A DNA stretch of 64,000 nucleotides from the NCBI GenBank assembly GCA_027487075.1, contig JAIYEG010000002.1, forward strand, positions 79,202 to 143,201, read 5' to 3'. Every line of letters begins with the position of its first letter. Position 1 is the stretch's first letter. The stretch is from a bacterium. Its GTDB lineage: Bacteria > Patescibacteriota > Minisyncoccia > Phycocordibacterales > CALRBL01. Made by a program: the position numbers and the translations under genes. Positions 18,338-27,982 of this stretch are shown here, piece by piece. The notes under the pieces were generated by a model that saw nothing but the letters and a program-made list of their open reading frames with translations, was not told the origin of the DNA and made no database searches.

Positions 18338-19650
18338 ATTCAAAGCATGCATTTGATGATATTATTCCCCCTTCAAAAGCACCGTCACAACGACGTAGTA
18401 TCCGCGATATACCCGTCAGAGAAAAAAAGCAAAACAAAATAGAAGAATTACTTGAAGAAACAGCAGAGATTCGAGCGGAGCATCACACCCCACCTCCTGC
18501 TTATACACCTCCCGTACGTATGCGTCCTATAAACACAAGAAAGAAATCAAGCAAGCTTCCTTTGATTCTTTTAGTAGTTATTGTGCTCATTGCACTCGGT
18601 GGTGCAGCCATGACCTTCGTCTTCGATGGAGCAAACGTTAAGGTTACCATCAAATCTGAGTCAATTCCTGTAGAAGTAACCGCAACCTCGACTCCTGATA
18701 GCTCATCAGCAACAGGAACACTTCCATATAAGGTGATTCCAGTTCAGAAGGAAGCATCAGCAGAAGTAACTGCTACCGGGGCACCCTCAAAAGTTGAGAA
18801 GAAAGCGAGTGGTATCATTACTATCGTCAACAAAAACACCGCCCCACAGCAGCTCATTGCCACTACACGCTTTGAAACTTCCGAAGGTCTTGTCTACCGT
18901 CTGGATGAGCCGGTGACCGTGCCCGCAAATGGAAGTATTGATGCCAAAGTTACCGCAGATCAACCTGGTGACAAGTATAATGTAGGCCTCAAGGACTTTA
19001 CTCTTCCTGGGTTCAAGGGAACACCAAAGTTCACCACCATCACCGCTCGATCAAAGACCACCATGACCGGCGGATTCTCAGGTATGCTTCCAAAAGTAGA
19101 GGAGGCTGATCTTTTGCAAGCAAATAAGACACTCGAAAAGACACTCACTGAACAAGCGATTGCAGAGGCAAAACGCCAGCTTGGTAAAGACCAGCTAATT
19201 TTTGCAAATGGAGGTGTACGCACTACGTATACTAGCAGTCTCGAGCCAGGATCAGCAGGAAAAGCAACAGTAAAGGGGAAGGTAGTAGCAGAAGCTCTGG
19301 TTTACGATATTTCAGCAATCGAAACCCTCATCGCTAACACCAAAAATGGACAGCGATATCGCTTCGATAATCTCGACAGCTTGGCTGTGAGCTTCAACAA
19401 CCGTAACCCTATCACTTCATATATTGGCGGACCCGTGCTACTCTTGAAGCTCACCGGAACACTTACCACCGGCCAATCATTCGATGAGAATGCACTTAAG
19501 GGAGCACTTTCAGGTAAAGCAAAGGGGCAAATGCCACAAATTCTTGGTATGTACCCCGAAATCACCGAAGGAAATGCTACGATCAGACCATTTTGGAGTA
19601 AGTCATTCCCAACAGATACCAATAAAATAATTATACACATCACACAATAA
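18334..19650 (+). CDS. Membrane-anchored hypothetical protein
   Basis: Basic N-terminus, then a single TM (LPLILLVVIVLIALGGAAMTFVF), then a Thr/Ser-rich ectodomain. Its stop overlaps the infA start. Confidence 0.5.
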   Translation: MNSKHAFDDIIPPSKAPSQRRSIRDIPVREKKQNKIEELLEETAEIRAEHHTPPPAYTPPVRMRPINTRKKSSKLPLILLVVIVLIALGGAAMTFVFDGANVKVTIKSESIPVEVTATSTPDSSSATGTLPYKVIPVQKEASAEVTATGAPSKVEKKASGIITIVNKNTAPQQLIATTRFETSEGLVYRLDEPVTVPANGSIDAKVTADQPGDKYNVGLKDFTLPGFKGTPKFTTITARSKTTMTGGFSGMLPKVEEADLLQANKTLEKTLTEQAIAEAKRQLGKDQLIFANGGVRTTYTSSLEPGSAGKATVKGKVVAEALVYDISAIETLIANTKNGQRYRFDNLDSLAVSFNNRNPITSYIGGPVLLLKLTGTLTTGQSFDENALKGALSGKAKGQMPQILGMYPEITEGNATIRPFWSKSFPTDTNKIIIHITQ

Positions 19651-19865
19651 TGCCCGCAGATAACACCCCTCAGAAAATTACCGGTTTTGTCACCGAAGCC
19701 CTCCCCAATACCGAATTTAAAGTCCAACTCGAAGATGGGCGTATTATTCACACGTATTTAAGTGGTAAAATGAAGATAAATCGTATCCGTGTGCTCGTGG
19801 GAGATAAGGTAGAAGTCGAACAAAACCCCTACGAAGGTAAGAGCCGTTTGACGAGAAGATTGTAG
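19650..19865 (+). CDS. infA: Translation initiation factor IF-1
   Basis: ITGFVTEALPNTEFKVQLEDGRIIHTYLSGKMKINRIRVLVGDKVEVE. Confidence 0.9.
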   Translation: MPADNTPQKITGFVTEALPNTEFKVQLEDGRIIHTYLSGKMKINRIRVLVGDKVEVEQNPYEGKSRLTRRL

Positions 19866-19895
19866 TATGATAGCTTTGTATTTACTGGCAAATTT

Positions 19896-20012
19896 ATGAA
19901 AGTAAAGGCATCCGTCAAGAAAATATGCGCAAAATGCAAGGTTGTACGCCGAAAGGGGTATGTCTACGTTACGTGCAAATCAAACCCTCGCCATAAACAG
20001 CGTCAGGGATAA
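19896..20012 (+). CDS. rpmJ: 50S ribosomal protein L36
   Basis: Hand-translated 38 aa [38 protein letters not shown]. Missing from the ORF track because it is under 60 aa. Confidence 0.85.
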   Translation: MKVKASVKKICAKCKVVRRKGYVYVTCKSNPRHKQRQG

Positions 20013-20034
20013 CTTTTAATTATTTAATTTATTT

Positions 20035-20412
20035 ATGCGTATCCTAGGTATCACTATTCCAGATGAGAAGCGACTTGAGATCGGCCTTACCGCACTCTAC
20101 GGTATCGGACGCCCTCGAGCCCTTAAGATCCTTGCACAAGCTAAAGTAGACGCGGGAAAGAAGTCAAAAGACCTCACCCCTGAAGAAGAGAACACTATCC
20201 GTACTATCGTAGAAGCCTTCAAGATCGAGGCGGACCTCAAACGAGAAGTATCAGCAAACATCAAGCGCCTCAAAGATATTAAGTCATACCGTGGTAGCCG
20301 ACACGCAAAGCGCCTTCCAGCTCGCGGTCAGCGCACTAAGACCAATGCTCGAACACTCAAGGGAGTGAAGAAGACTATGGGAAGCGGACGACGCAAGGAA
20401 TCAAAGACATAA
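20035..20412 (+). CDS. rpsM: 30S ribosomal protein S13
   Basis: MRILGITIPDEKRLEIGLTALYGIGRPRA. Confidence 0.95.
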   Translation: MRILGITIPDEKRLEIGLTALYGIGRPRALKILAQAKVDAGKKSKDLTPEEENTIRTIVEAFKIEADLKREVSANIKRLKDIKSYRGSRHAKRLPARGQRTKTNARTLKGVKKTMGSGRRKESKT

Positions 20413-20430
20413 ACATAATTAATTAGCCAT

Positions 20431-20856
20431 ATGGGAAAAAAACGAATTGCAAAATCAGGAGGTGAAGAATCAAAGGCAAGCTCAGGAGCTGTAGCTTTTT
20501 CAAAGAAGCGTGTTGATAACGGCACACTTTATGTTCAGTCTACCTACAACAACACTAAGGTAGTGCTTGCTGATGCTAAGGGAAACACTCTTGCATGGTC
20601 ATCTTCTGGCTCAATTGGTTTCAAGGGTGCAAAGAAGGGTACTCCGTTTGCAGCTGCAAAGATCGGCGAAACTCTTGGAGCAAAGGCACAGACCATTGGC
20701 ATGAAGGAGGTTGATGTTGTCGTTAAAGGTGTAGGATCAGGCCGCGAATCAGCTATTCGCGGTTTCATTTCTAAAGGAATCGTTATCAACACTATCAAAG
20801 ACGTAACCCCCGTTCCTCACAACGGACCACGCCCTAAGAAACCACGACGAGTATAA
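20431..20856 (+). CDS. rpsK: 30S ribosomal protein S11
   Basis: VQSTYNNTKVVLADAKGNTLAWSSSGSIGFKGAKKGTPFAA. Confidence 0.95.
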   Translation: MGKKRIAKSGGEESKASSGAVAFSKKRVDNGTLYVQSTYNNTKVVLADAKGNTLAWSSSGSIGFKGAKKGTPFAAAKIGETLGAKAQTIGMKEVDVVVKGVGSGRESAIRGFISKGIVINTIKDVTPVPHNGPRPKKPRRV

Positions 20857-20875
20857 ATTTTAATAACATACACAT

Positions 20876-21490
20876 ATGATACGAGGACCAAAATACAAAA
20901 TAGCACGACGCCTGGGAGCTCCTGTGTTCGAAAAGACACAGACTCAGAAGTTTAAGATCTCAGAAGAGCGCAAATCAAAAGGAAAGCGCAAAGGCGGCTT
21001 CGGTACTGCTACCAACTTTGCACTCCAGCTCAACGAAAAGCAGAAGGCGCGCTTTACCTATGGTGTTTCTGAAAAGCAATTTAAGAACTACGCAATGAAA
21101 GTTATTAATGCGAACTCATCAAACCCTCAGGAAGCACTCTTCACCGCACTCGAAACTCGCCTCGACAACGTCGTAGCACGTATCGGTCTTGGTTCTACGC
21201 GCGCTTTTGCACGTCAGCTCGTATCTCACGGACACATTCTCGTAAATAATCGCAAGGTAACCGTTCCTTCATACAAGGTTGAGAAGGGCGATGTTATTGC
21301 TATCCGAGAAGGAAGCAAAACAAAGACCGTTTTCAAAGACACTTTTGAGCAGGCAAAGACCCGCGAACTTCCTTTGTGGATTGCATTCAATGCAGAAAAG
21401 AAGTCATGGACCATCCAGGGTGCGCCGAAACTCGAAGGGGAGAACTTACTGTTTGATCTGGATTTAGTGATTCAGTATTACAAGCTATAA
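20876..21490 (+). CDS. rpsD: 30S ribosomal protein S4
   Basis: MIRGPKYKIARRLG plus the S4 domain. Confidence 0.95.
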   Translation: MIRGPKYKIARRLGAPVFEKTQTQKFKISEERKSKGKRKGGFGTATNFALQLNEKQKARFTYGVSEKQFKNYAMKVINANSSNPQEALFTALETRLDNVVARIGLGSTRAFARQLVSHGHILVNNRKVTVPSYKVEKGDVIAIREGSKTKTVFKDTFEQAKTRELPLWIAFNAEKKSWTIQGAPKLEGENLLFDLDLVIQYYKL

Positions 21491-21499
21491 TTTTTATAT

Positions 21500-22468
21500 A
21501 TGTCTGACCAACACGTTTTGCTACCATCAAAGCCAAAAATCATTGAAGAAGGCGACAAGCGCGGTGTTTTCGAAATTGACGGTCTTTACCCAGGCTACGG
21601 ACACACTCTTGGAAACTCTCTTCGCCGTATCATTCTTTCATCTCTTCCTGGAGCAGCTATCACTTCTATCAAAATCAAGGGCGTAAACCACGAATTTTCA
21701 TCAATGTCAGGTCTTAAGGAGGATGTGCTTACTCTTGTGCTCAACCTCAAAAAAGTGCGTCTTGAGACAGTATCAGACGAACCTCAGACACTTACCCTCA
21801 AAGTAAAGGGTATTAAAGAAGTAACCGCAGGAGATATCACTAAGAGTGGACAGGTAACTGTTCTCAACCCTGACCTCTACCTTGCAAGTATTACTGATAA
21901 AAATGTGGAGCTCGATGTCGAAATCACCGTAGAAAAGGGTCTTGGCTACGTAAGCAAGGAAGTGCTCCAGAAAGAAAAGATGGATATCGGAGCAATCGCT
22001 CTTGATGCACGTTTCAGCCCTATCGAGCGCGTAAGCTACGAGGTAGAAAACATGCGCGTTGGAGATCGAACAGACTTCAACCGTCTTAAGATCGCTATCG
22101 AGACAGACGGCACCATCACTCCAAAGCGTGCTCTCGAGAAGTCTATCGAAATCATGATCAACCAGCTTAAGGCGATCGTTGGTTTCAAGGAAGAAAGCCG
22201 TTTCCTCATCGAAGATGAATCATCAGAAGAAGCGGGTGAAGTTTCTTCAGAAAACAAAGAAGAAATGGAGGATTTCCTCAAGACCCGCATCGAATCTCTC
22301 GATCTTTCAGCTCGTGCGATCAATGCACTTATCAATGCAAACATCCGCACTGTCGGAGGTCTTGCTCGTAAGAAAGAGAAGGATATCCTCAGCATTGAAG
22401 GACTAGGCGCAACCAGCGTAGAGGAGATCAAGAAGATGCTCCTTGCAAATGGCATCACTCTTAAGTAA
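21500..22468 (+). CDS. rpoA: DNA-directed RNA polymerase alpha subunit
   Basis: [23 protein letters not shown]. C-terminal domain present. Confidence 0.95.
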   Translation: [322 protein letters not shown]

Positions 22469-22496
22469 TATAGCAATCTGCCCGTAATCACCATAT

Positions 22497-22847
22497 ATGA
22501 GACACCACAACAAGAACCGAATACTAGGACGAGACCGTAAGGGAAGAGCTGCTCTTCTCAAGTCTTTGATGTACTCTCTTCTTGTACACGAAGGTATGGT
22601 GACTACTCTTGCTAAAGCAAAAGAAGTACGCCCACACGTCGAAAAGCTCCTCACTACTGCAAAGACCGATACCCTCGCTTCACGAAAGCTTGTCTATTCA
22701 CGCGTAGGATACAGCGAGGCTTCTAAGAAGCTCTTCACCACCATCGCTCCTCGCTATGCAGACCGCAACGGTGGATATACCCGTATCCTCAAGATGCCTC
22801 GCCGAAAGAGCGACGCAGCAGAAATGGCTCGTATCGAATTCGTATAA
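22497..22847 (+). CDS. rplQ: 50S ribosomal protein L17
   Basis: MRHHNKNRILGRDRKGRAALLKSL. Confidence 0.95.
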   Translation: MRHHNKNRILGRDRKGRAALLKSLMYSLLVHEGMVTTLAKAKEVRPHVEKLLTTAKTDTLASRKLVYSRVGYSEASKKLFTTIAPRYADRNGGYTRILKMPRRKSDAAEMARIEFV

Positions 22848-22857
22848 TTTCATTACC

Positions 22858-23205
22858 ATGACTACAAAAACTATTGATGCAACAAATAAGAAACTAGGAC
22901 GTGTCGCGAGCGAAGTGGCTTCAGTCCTTCGTGGCAAAGACACCGTCGCTTTCACCCCTCATGTTTTCGCTGATGTGAAAGTAGAAGTTACTAATGCATC
23001 AAAGATCAATGTAGATGACACCAAGAAGCGCACCAAGATGTACAAGCGCTATTCAGGATACCCAGGAGGTCAGCGAGAGCTTTCTCTCGAGAAGGTGACC
23101 GAAAAGAAGGGTATGAAAGAAGCAGTTCGTATTGCAGTTCGCGGCATGCTTCCTCCAAACAAGCTTCGCGCAAAGATGCTTCGCAATTTAACCATCACTG
23201 ATTAA
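22858..23205 (+). CDS. rplM: 50S ribosomal protein L13
   Basis: MTTKTIDATNKKLGRVASEVASVLRGK. The ORF-track start at 22756 overlaps rplQ. The ATG at 22858 is 10 nt after the rplQ stop. Confidence 0.9.
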   Translation: MTTKTIDATNKKLGRVASEVASVLRGKDTVAFTPHVFADVKVEVTNASKINVDDTKKRTKMYKRYSGYPGGQRELSLEKVTEKKGMKEAVRIAVRGMLPPNKLRAKMLRNLTITD

Positions 23206-23211
23206 TATTTT

Positions 23212-23619
23212 ATGACCACAGCTACCAAAGACCGATACGTAGAAGGAGTAGGACGACGCAAGACGTCTGTTGCACGCGCCCGCCTTACTGAAGCTTCAAA
23301 GGCTTCATTCCTCATCAACGATCGCGACATCGCAGAACACTTCAAGACCGAAGAGCTCCGCCGTGTAGCTACCGAAGCATTTGATGCTGCAGGTACCGCC
23401 ATCAAGTACAAAGTGACCGTCAAGGTGACTGGTGGAGGTGTGTCATCTCAAGCAGTTGCCGTACGCCACGCTATCTCACGTGCACTCAATGATATCGACG
23501 GGGCAATGCGCGCACCCCTCAAGAAAGCCGGATTCCTCAAGCGAGATCCTCGCGCAAAAGAGCGCCGCAAGTTCGGTCTCAAGAAAGCCCGCAAGTCTCC
23601 TCAGTGGAGCAAGCGATAG
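23212..23619 (+). CDS. rpsI: 30S ribosomal protein S9
   Basis: GRRKTSVARARL ... and a C-terminal KKARKSPQWSKR. Confidence 0.95.
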   Translation: MTTATKDRYVEGVGRRKTSVARARLTEASKASFLINDRDIAEHFKTEELRRVATEAFDAAGTAIKYKVTVKVTGGGVSSQAVAVRHAISRALNDIDGAMRAPLKKAGFLKRDPRAKERRKFGLKKARKSPQWSKR

Positions 23620-23621
23620 TC

Positions 23622-23652
23622 AAAAAAAAGTCCCCGCAAGGGGATTTTTTAA
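23622..23652 (+). terminator. Intrinsic terminator after rpsI
   Basis: aaaaaaaag-TCCCC-gcaa-GGGGA-tttttt, with a GNRA tetraloop. Confidence 0.7.
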
Positions 23653-23673
23653 TGCTAGTATAGAGGCAAGCAT

Positions 23674-23817
23674 ATGAGCACACTGACACCTACGCAAGCG
23701 CGCATCCGCCATGAAAGAGCAGTTGTTGCACAAAGGATGCAGCAAAAACCAAAGAATAAGAAAAGACGGAAAAATACTCACCGAACGTTCCGAAGTCTTC
23801 AAAATCCCGGTGAGTGA
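23674..23817 (+). CDS. Candidate small basic protein (47 aa)
   Basis: Hand-translated MSTLTPTQARIRHERAVVAQRMQQKPKNKKRRKNTHRTFRSLQNPGE. A tagtat -10-like element and a GAGG Shine-Dalgarno lie upstream, and a terminator hairpin follows directly (23833-23866). Under 60 aa, so absent from the ORF track. Confidence 0.3.
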   Translation: MSTLTPTQARIRHERAVVAQRMQQKPKNKKRRKNTHRTFRSLQNPGE

Positions 23818-23832
23818 AATACACCAACAAGC

Positions 23833-23866
23833 AAAAGGGCTCCCACTCGGGGAGCCCTTTCCTTTT
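23833..23866. terminator. Bidirectional terminator hairpin
   Basis: aaaaGGGCTCCC-actcg-GGGAGCCCtttcctttttg. Confidence 0.5.
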
Positions 23867-23869
23867 TGC

Positions 23870-24235
23870 TCAGTTAGCAAACTGCTTCATACGTGCACGC
23901 AAATTCCTTTTTCCACAGTGAACTGGGATCACTCCCTTGAGACCCCATTGCCCTTGGAAGGCAATAAACATCTCAGGTAGTGGTACCTGATCAACGAGAA
24001 AGACGATTGCGAGCGACGGATGACTACGATGGATACGAGAAAGCGCCTCTGCTTCGGCGGGTACTTGAAGAAGGTTTTCGCGACATACAAGCTCGTGGCA
24101 TACCGGAGTTTGCTCGAGCATACTTTCAGCAGTAGCAATCCGGAAACACCACTGGACATCGATATGTGAGCGGACAAGGTGATTTTGCCAGGCCCTTTGC
24201 AGCAACCGATTTGGTTCAGCAATTATGACATTCAT
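23870..24235 (-). CDS. Hypothetical protein, possibly a degenerate receiver (REC)-like domain
   Basis: MNVIIAEPNRLLQ...SLAIVFLVDQ has REC-like spacing, but the acidic pocket is not conserved. Confidence 0.3.
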   Translation of the reverse strand: MNVIIAEPNRLLQRAWQNHLVRSHIDVQWCFRIATAESMLEQTPVCHELVCRENLLQVPAEAEALSRIHRSHPSLAIVFLVDQVPLPEMFIAFQGQWGLKGVIPVHCGKRNLRARMKQFAN

Positions 24236-24331
24236 ATGAAGAGAGGTTATGGAGGGTGAAGAGAACTCAGGTTCGACTGTAAGTATACGCCTCTTTGCAT
24301 TTTAAAAACAGGTGAGTACAATAAGTGTCCT

Positions 24332-24886
24332 ATGAACGACGAACAAGATATCATTATCGAACAAGACGGCAATGAAGAGCTTCCGAAAGATGAGCGTGGT
24401 GGAGATACTGTTTCAAAGCTTCGGGAAAAACTAAGGGTAGCTATCGAAGAAAAACAGAAGTATCTTGATGGATGGCAGCGTGACAAAGCCGAGTTTGTGA
24501 ATGCTCGCAAACGCGATGAGGAAGATAAAAAGAATCTCATCAAGTTCGCAACGAGCAATCTCATCTCTGAGCTCATCCCCACACTCGACGCATTCGACAT
24601 GGCTATGGCCAACAAGGAGGCATGGGAAAAGGCAGATAAGAACTGGAGAACAGGTGTAGAATATATTTACTCACAGATATCTAACACACTACAAAACAAT
24701 GGACTTACGAAAATTGATCCAAAAGGCCAAGTCTTCGATCCCACTCATCATCACTCTGTTGCAGCTGTACCGGTTACTGAAAAAGATTTGGACGGGAAGG
24801 TCATCGAAGTAGTTGCCTACGGGTATACACTCAATGGAAAAGTGTTGCGCGAGCCGCAGGTGAAAGTTGGAGAATATAAAGCATAA
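24332..24886 (+). CDS. grpE: Nucleotide exchange factor GrpE
   Basis: YLDGWQRDKAEFVNARKRDEED ... IPTLDAFDMA ... VAYGYTLNGKVLREPQVKV. Confidence 0.9.
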   Translation: MNDEQDIIIEQDGNEELPKDERGGDTVSKLREKLRVAIEEKQKYLDGWQRDKAEFVNARKRDEEDKKNLIKFATSNLISELIPTLDAFDMAMANKEAWEKADKNWRTGVEYIYSQISNTLQNNGLTKIDPKGQVFDPTHHHSVAAVPVTEKDLDGKVIEVVAYGYTLNGKVLREPQVKVGEYKA

Positions 24887-24900
24887 GGTATACTTGGTGT

Positions 24901-25293
24901 ATGGAAGTACCTAGGTTTGAATCTCACGAAGAAGATATTTATGAGCCAGTGCTTGAACTTGGTGACTATCTTAATGAGTTACAAGCAGCTGGAATGGTGA
25001 TCGATGGCGAGTTAATTCGAGTCGGCAACAAAATGAAAACTGTTGAAGAACGCTACAAACTACTAAAGGGAAGAACCGGAGGACCATCAGATGAAGAGAT
25101 ACAAAAACTCATTAGTGCCCATCCGAAAAAAGTAGAACTCATTAATTACCTTGCACACCTCATTAATGAACATGGGGATGACACTATTCTATTTATGCAA
25201 GCTTCAAATAAACTTCACCAACTGGTAAAAGGGAAAGATACTCCGCTTTTCTATACAGAACCCGAAGCAAATCCCGATAATCTTGCGCTTTAA
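24901..25293 (+). CDS. Hypothetical protein (AT-rich insert between grpE and dnaK)
   Basis: 130-aa ORF with no motif. Visibly more AT-rich than its flanks. Confidence 0.45.
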   Translation: MEVPRFESHEEDIYEPVLELGDYLNELQAAGMVIDGELIRVGNKMKTVEERYKLLKGRTGGPSDEEIQKLISAHPKKVELINYLAHLINEHGDDTILFMQASNKLHQLVKGKDTPLFYTEPEANPDNLAL

Positions 25294-25340
25294 CAAGGCA
25301 TTCTTGACACCTCCATATTTCTGATATAATACCGCTATCT

Positions 25341-25640
25341 ATGCAGCTTACTCGACAACACGTACAAATTATAGAGAAAGTCGTACACACCGAGCAAGGC
25401 GTATTTTTGGCGCGTTTTGCCGTTGCAAACATTGGCGGCGTCCTCAAAGCCAAACTCATTTCGATGGTCTCAGTCGACGAGCCAAGTGCTATCCAAAACT
25501 CAGTTTTTCTTCTTGAAAATCCTCGCACTGCTCAGCAAGTCATCTATGTAGAACCTTCATCAGACCTTATCGTATCACCGTACTCAGAACTTTTTTTCCT
25601 TACTTCAATATCACCTCGGGCTCCCAACACTACGAAATAA
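25341..25640 (+). CDS. Hypothetical protein
   Basis: 99-aa ORF with no motif. Confidence 0.35.
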   Translation: MQLTRQHVQIIEKVVHTEQGVFLARFAVANIGGVLKAKLISMVSVDEPSAIQNSVFLLENPRTAQQVIYVEPSSDLIVSPYSELFFLTSISPRAPNTTK

Positions 25641-25769
25641 CTCTCCGAAGAACACGCATATTTTTCTGCTGAAAAATTGCTATGCTCGCTTCGTCAAGCG
25701 TGCGCAATGTTCTTCTTGAGAGTTTTTTCTCCGTTCTTTTATTCACATTAACTCTCAAATAAAACTAAC

Positions 25770-27647
25770 ATGGCAAAAATCATTGGAATTGATCTCGGAA
25801 CAACCAACTCTGCAGTCGCAGTGATGGAAGCAGGAGATCCAAAAATCTTGGAAAACACTGAAGGCGCACGCACCACTCCCTCAATCGTTGCTCAGACCAA
25901 AACGGGTGAGCGCGTAGTGGGACTCATTGCTCGTCGTCAGGCGGTAACCAACCCAAAGAACACCGTCTACGGTATCAAGCGATTCATCGGACACACCTTC
26001 GACGAAGCTGCTGTGCAGAAAGACAAGAAGACCGTTCCGTACGAAGTGTCAAAATCTTCAAACGGCGGTGTAGAAGTTAAAATGGGTGATAAAGGATATC
26101 GTCCTGAAGAAATTTCAGCGATGATCCTCACCAAGCTCAAGAACGATGCAGAGGCAAAACTCGGCGAGAAAATCACCGAAGCAATCATCACCGTACCTGC
26201 ATACTTCAACGACTCACAGCGTCAGGCAACAAAAGACGCGGGAAAGATTGCAGGTCTTGATGTGAAGCGTATCATCAACGAACCTACCGCAGCCGCACTT
26301 GCGTATGGTTTCAACAAAAAGAAAGATGAAAAGATCGTAGTATACGACTTCGGAGGAGGAACCTTCGACATCTCAGTGCTTGAAGTAGGTGATGATGTAG
26401 TGGAAGTGAAGTCAACTGATGGAGACTCACACTTGGGAGGTAAGGACATCGACCAGAAGATCTTGAATTGGATTGCAGAAGAATTCAAAAAAGAATCTGG
26501 TATCGACGTGCGCAACGATGCACTCGCTATCCAGCGACTCGACGAAGCCGCAGAAAAAGCAAAGATCGAGCTCTCAACCGCAATGGAAACTGAAATCAAT
26601 ATTCCATTCATCACCTCAGATGCATCAGGTCCTCGACACCTTCTCATCAAGATGACCCGCGCAAAGCTCGAAGAGCTCACTCGCGAATTCATCGATCGCT
26701 CAATCGAAATCACCAAGCGCGCCATGGAAGCATCTCCCTTCAAGCTTGCTGACATCAACGAAGTGATTCTTGTGGGAGGACAGACACGTATGCCTGCCAT
26801 CATTGAGGCGGTGAAGAAATTCTTCGGCAAGGAGCCAAACAAGAGCATCAACCCTGACGAAGTAGTAGCACTCGGAGCTGCAATTCAGGCAGGTATCATT
26901 CAAGGAGACGTGAAGGATATCCTTCTTCTTGATGTGATCCCGCTTTCTCTTGGTATCGAAACTATGGGAGGCGTTGCAACAAAGCTCATCGAGCGCAACA
27001 CCACCATCCCCACCTCAAAGTCACAGGTGTTCTCAACCGCTGCTGACAATCAGACATCGGTAGAGATCAACATTGTGCAAGGAGACCGTGCTATGGCATC
27101 AGACAACAAATCACTCGGACGCTTCGTGCTCGAAGGTATTCCGCCCGCACCACGAGGTATTCCTCAGGTTGAAGTATCATTCGATGTCGATGCAAACGGT
27201 ATCTTGAATGTGAAAGCAAAGGATAAGTCGACTGGAAAAGAACAGACCATTCGCATCGAAGCATCATCAGGTCTTTCAAAAGATGATATCGAGAAGATGA
27301 AGAAGGATGCTGAGATGAACGAAGAAGCTGACAAGAAAAAGAAGGAAGTGGTAGAAGCAAAGAACTTTGCTGAACAGCTTCACTACACTGCAGAGAAGTC
27401 ACTCAAAGACGGAGGTGACAAAATCCCTGCAGACGTGAAGGCAACCGTTGAAGGAAAGATGGAAGCGCTAAAGAAAGCAAAGGAAGGTGATGATCTTGAG
27501 ACCATCAAGAAAGCAACTGAAGAACTTTCAACGGAACTTCAGAAGATCGGCCAGTACATGCAGCAGGAAGCTCCAAAAGAAGAACCTAAAAAGGAAGGCG
27601 AGGGAGACATCCGTGACGCCGAAGTGAAGGAGGAACCTAAGGCATAA
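25770..27647 (+). CDS. dnaK: Chaperone DnaK (Hsp70)
   Basis: [26 protein letters not shown] and full length. Confidence 0.97.
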   Translation: MAKIIGIDLGTTNSAVAVMEAGDPKILENTEGARTTPSIVAQTKTGERVVGLIARRQAVTNPKNTVYGIKRFIGHTFDEAAVQKDKKTVPYEVSKSSNGGVEVKMGDKGYRPEEISAMILTKLKNDAEAKLGEKITEAIITVPAYFNDSQRQATKDAGKIAGLDVKRIINEPTAAALAYGFNKKKDEKIVVYDFGGGTFDISVLEVGDDVVEVKSTDGDSHLGGKDIDQKILNWIAEEFKKESGIDVRNDALAIQRLDEAAEKAKIELSTAMETEINIPFITSDASGPRHLLIKMTRAKLEELTREFIDRSIEITKRAMEASPFKLADINEVILVGGQTRMPAIIEAVKKFFGKEPNKSINPDEVVALGAAIQAGIIQGDVKDILLLDVIPLSLGIETMGGVATKLIERNTTIPTSKSQVFSTAADNQTSVEINIVQGDRAMASDNKSLGRFVLEGIPPAPRGIPQVEVSFDVDANGILNVKAKDKSTGKEQTIRIEASSGLSKDDIEKMKKDAEMNEEADKKKKEVVEAKNFAEQLHYTAEKSLKDGGDKIPADVKATVEGKMEALKKAKEGDDLETIKKATEELSTELQKIGQYMQQEAPKEEPKKEGEGDIRDAEVKEEPKA

Positions 27648-27655
27648 ATAGAAAA

Positions 27656-27705
27656 AGACCCCGTCTCTGCCCATCACCGTAGCGGTGGGCAGGACACGGG
27701 GTCTT
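27656..27705. terminator. Long imperfect hairpin between dnaK and a convergent small gene
   Basis: gaccccgtctctgcccatcacc-gtag-cggtgggcaggacacggggtc. A T-run (ctttttcta) lies on the minus-strand side. Confidence 0.5.
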
Positions 27706-27711
27706 TGAAAT

Positions 27712-27909
27712 TCACTGACGTTTGAAGAGTCGGTGAGCAGCGTACATGGTGATTACGATTGTCTCCCAAAAAACCACTTGCTTTACCCATTCAGGGTACT
27801 GCGAAAAGTGTTGGTAAACGTACTGATTGACCCATACAGCTCCAGCAATGACCTGAAGAAGGATGAGAACCCTCAGAACCTTTTCAACAACGGCATTAAG
27901 TCGCTTCAT
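27712..27909 (-). CDS. Small membrane protein (2 TM)
   Basis: VLRVLILLQVIAGAVWV and VVFWETIVITMYAA. Its terminator lies downstream on the minus strand. Confidence 0.4.
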   Translation of the reverse strand: MKRLNAVVEKVLRVLILLQVIAGAVWVNQYVYQHFSQYPEWVKQVVFWETIVITMYAAHRLFKRQ

Positions 27910-27982
27910 TTGAATTAATTTACTTAGTTACCGCACACCTCATTGCGCACGGTTTTAAAATAAAGTATCATAAAATATATAT

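Noticed and set aside
23711-23980. ORF 23711-23980(+) of 89 aa
   Set aside because: It reads through a bidirectional terminator hairpin and overlaps the 3' end of the convergent gene. The 47-aa ORF in another frame (23674-23817) is the better candidate.
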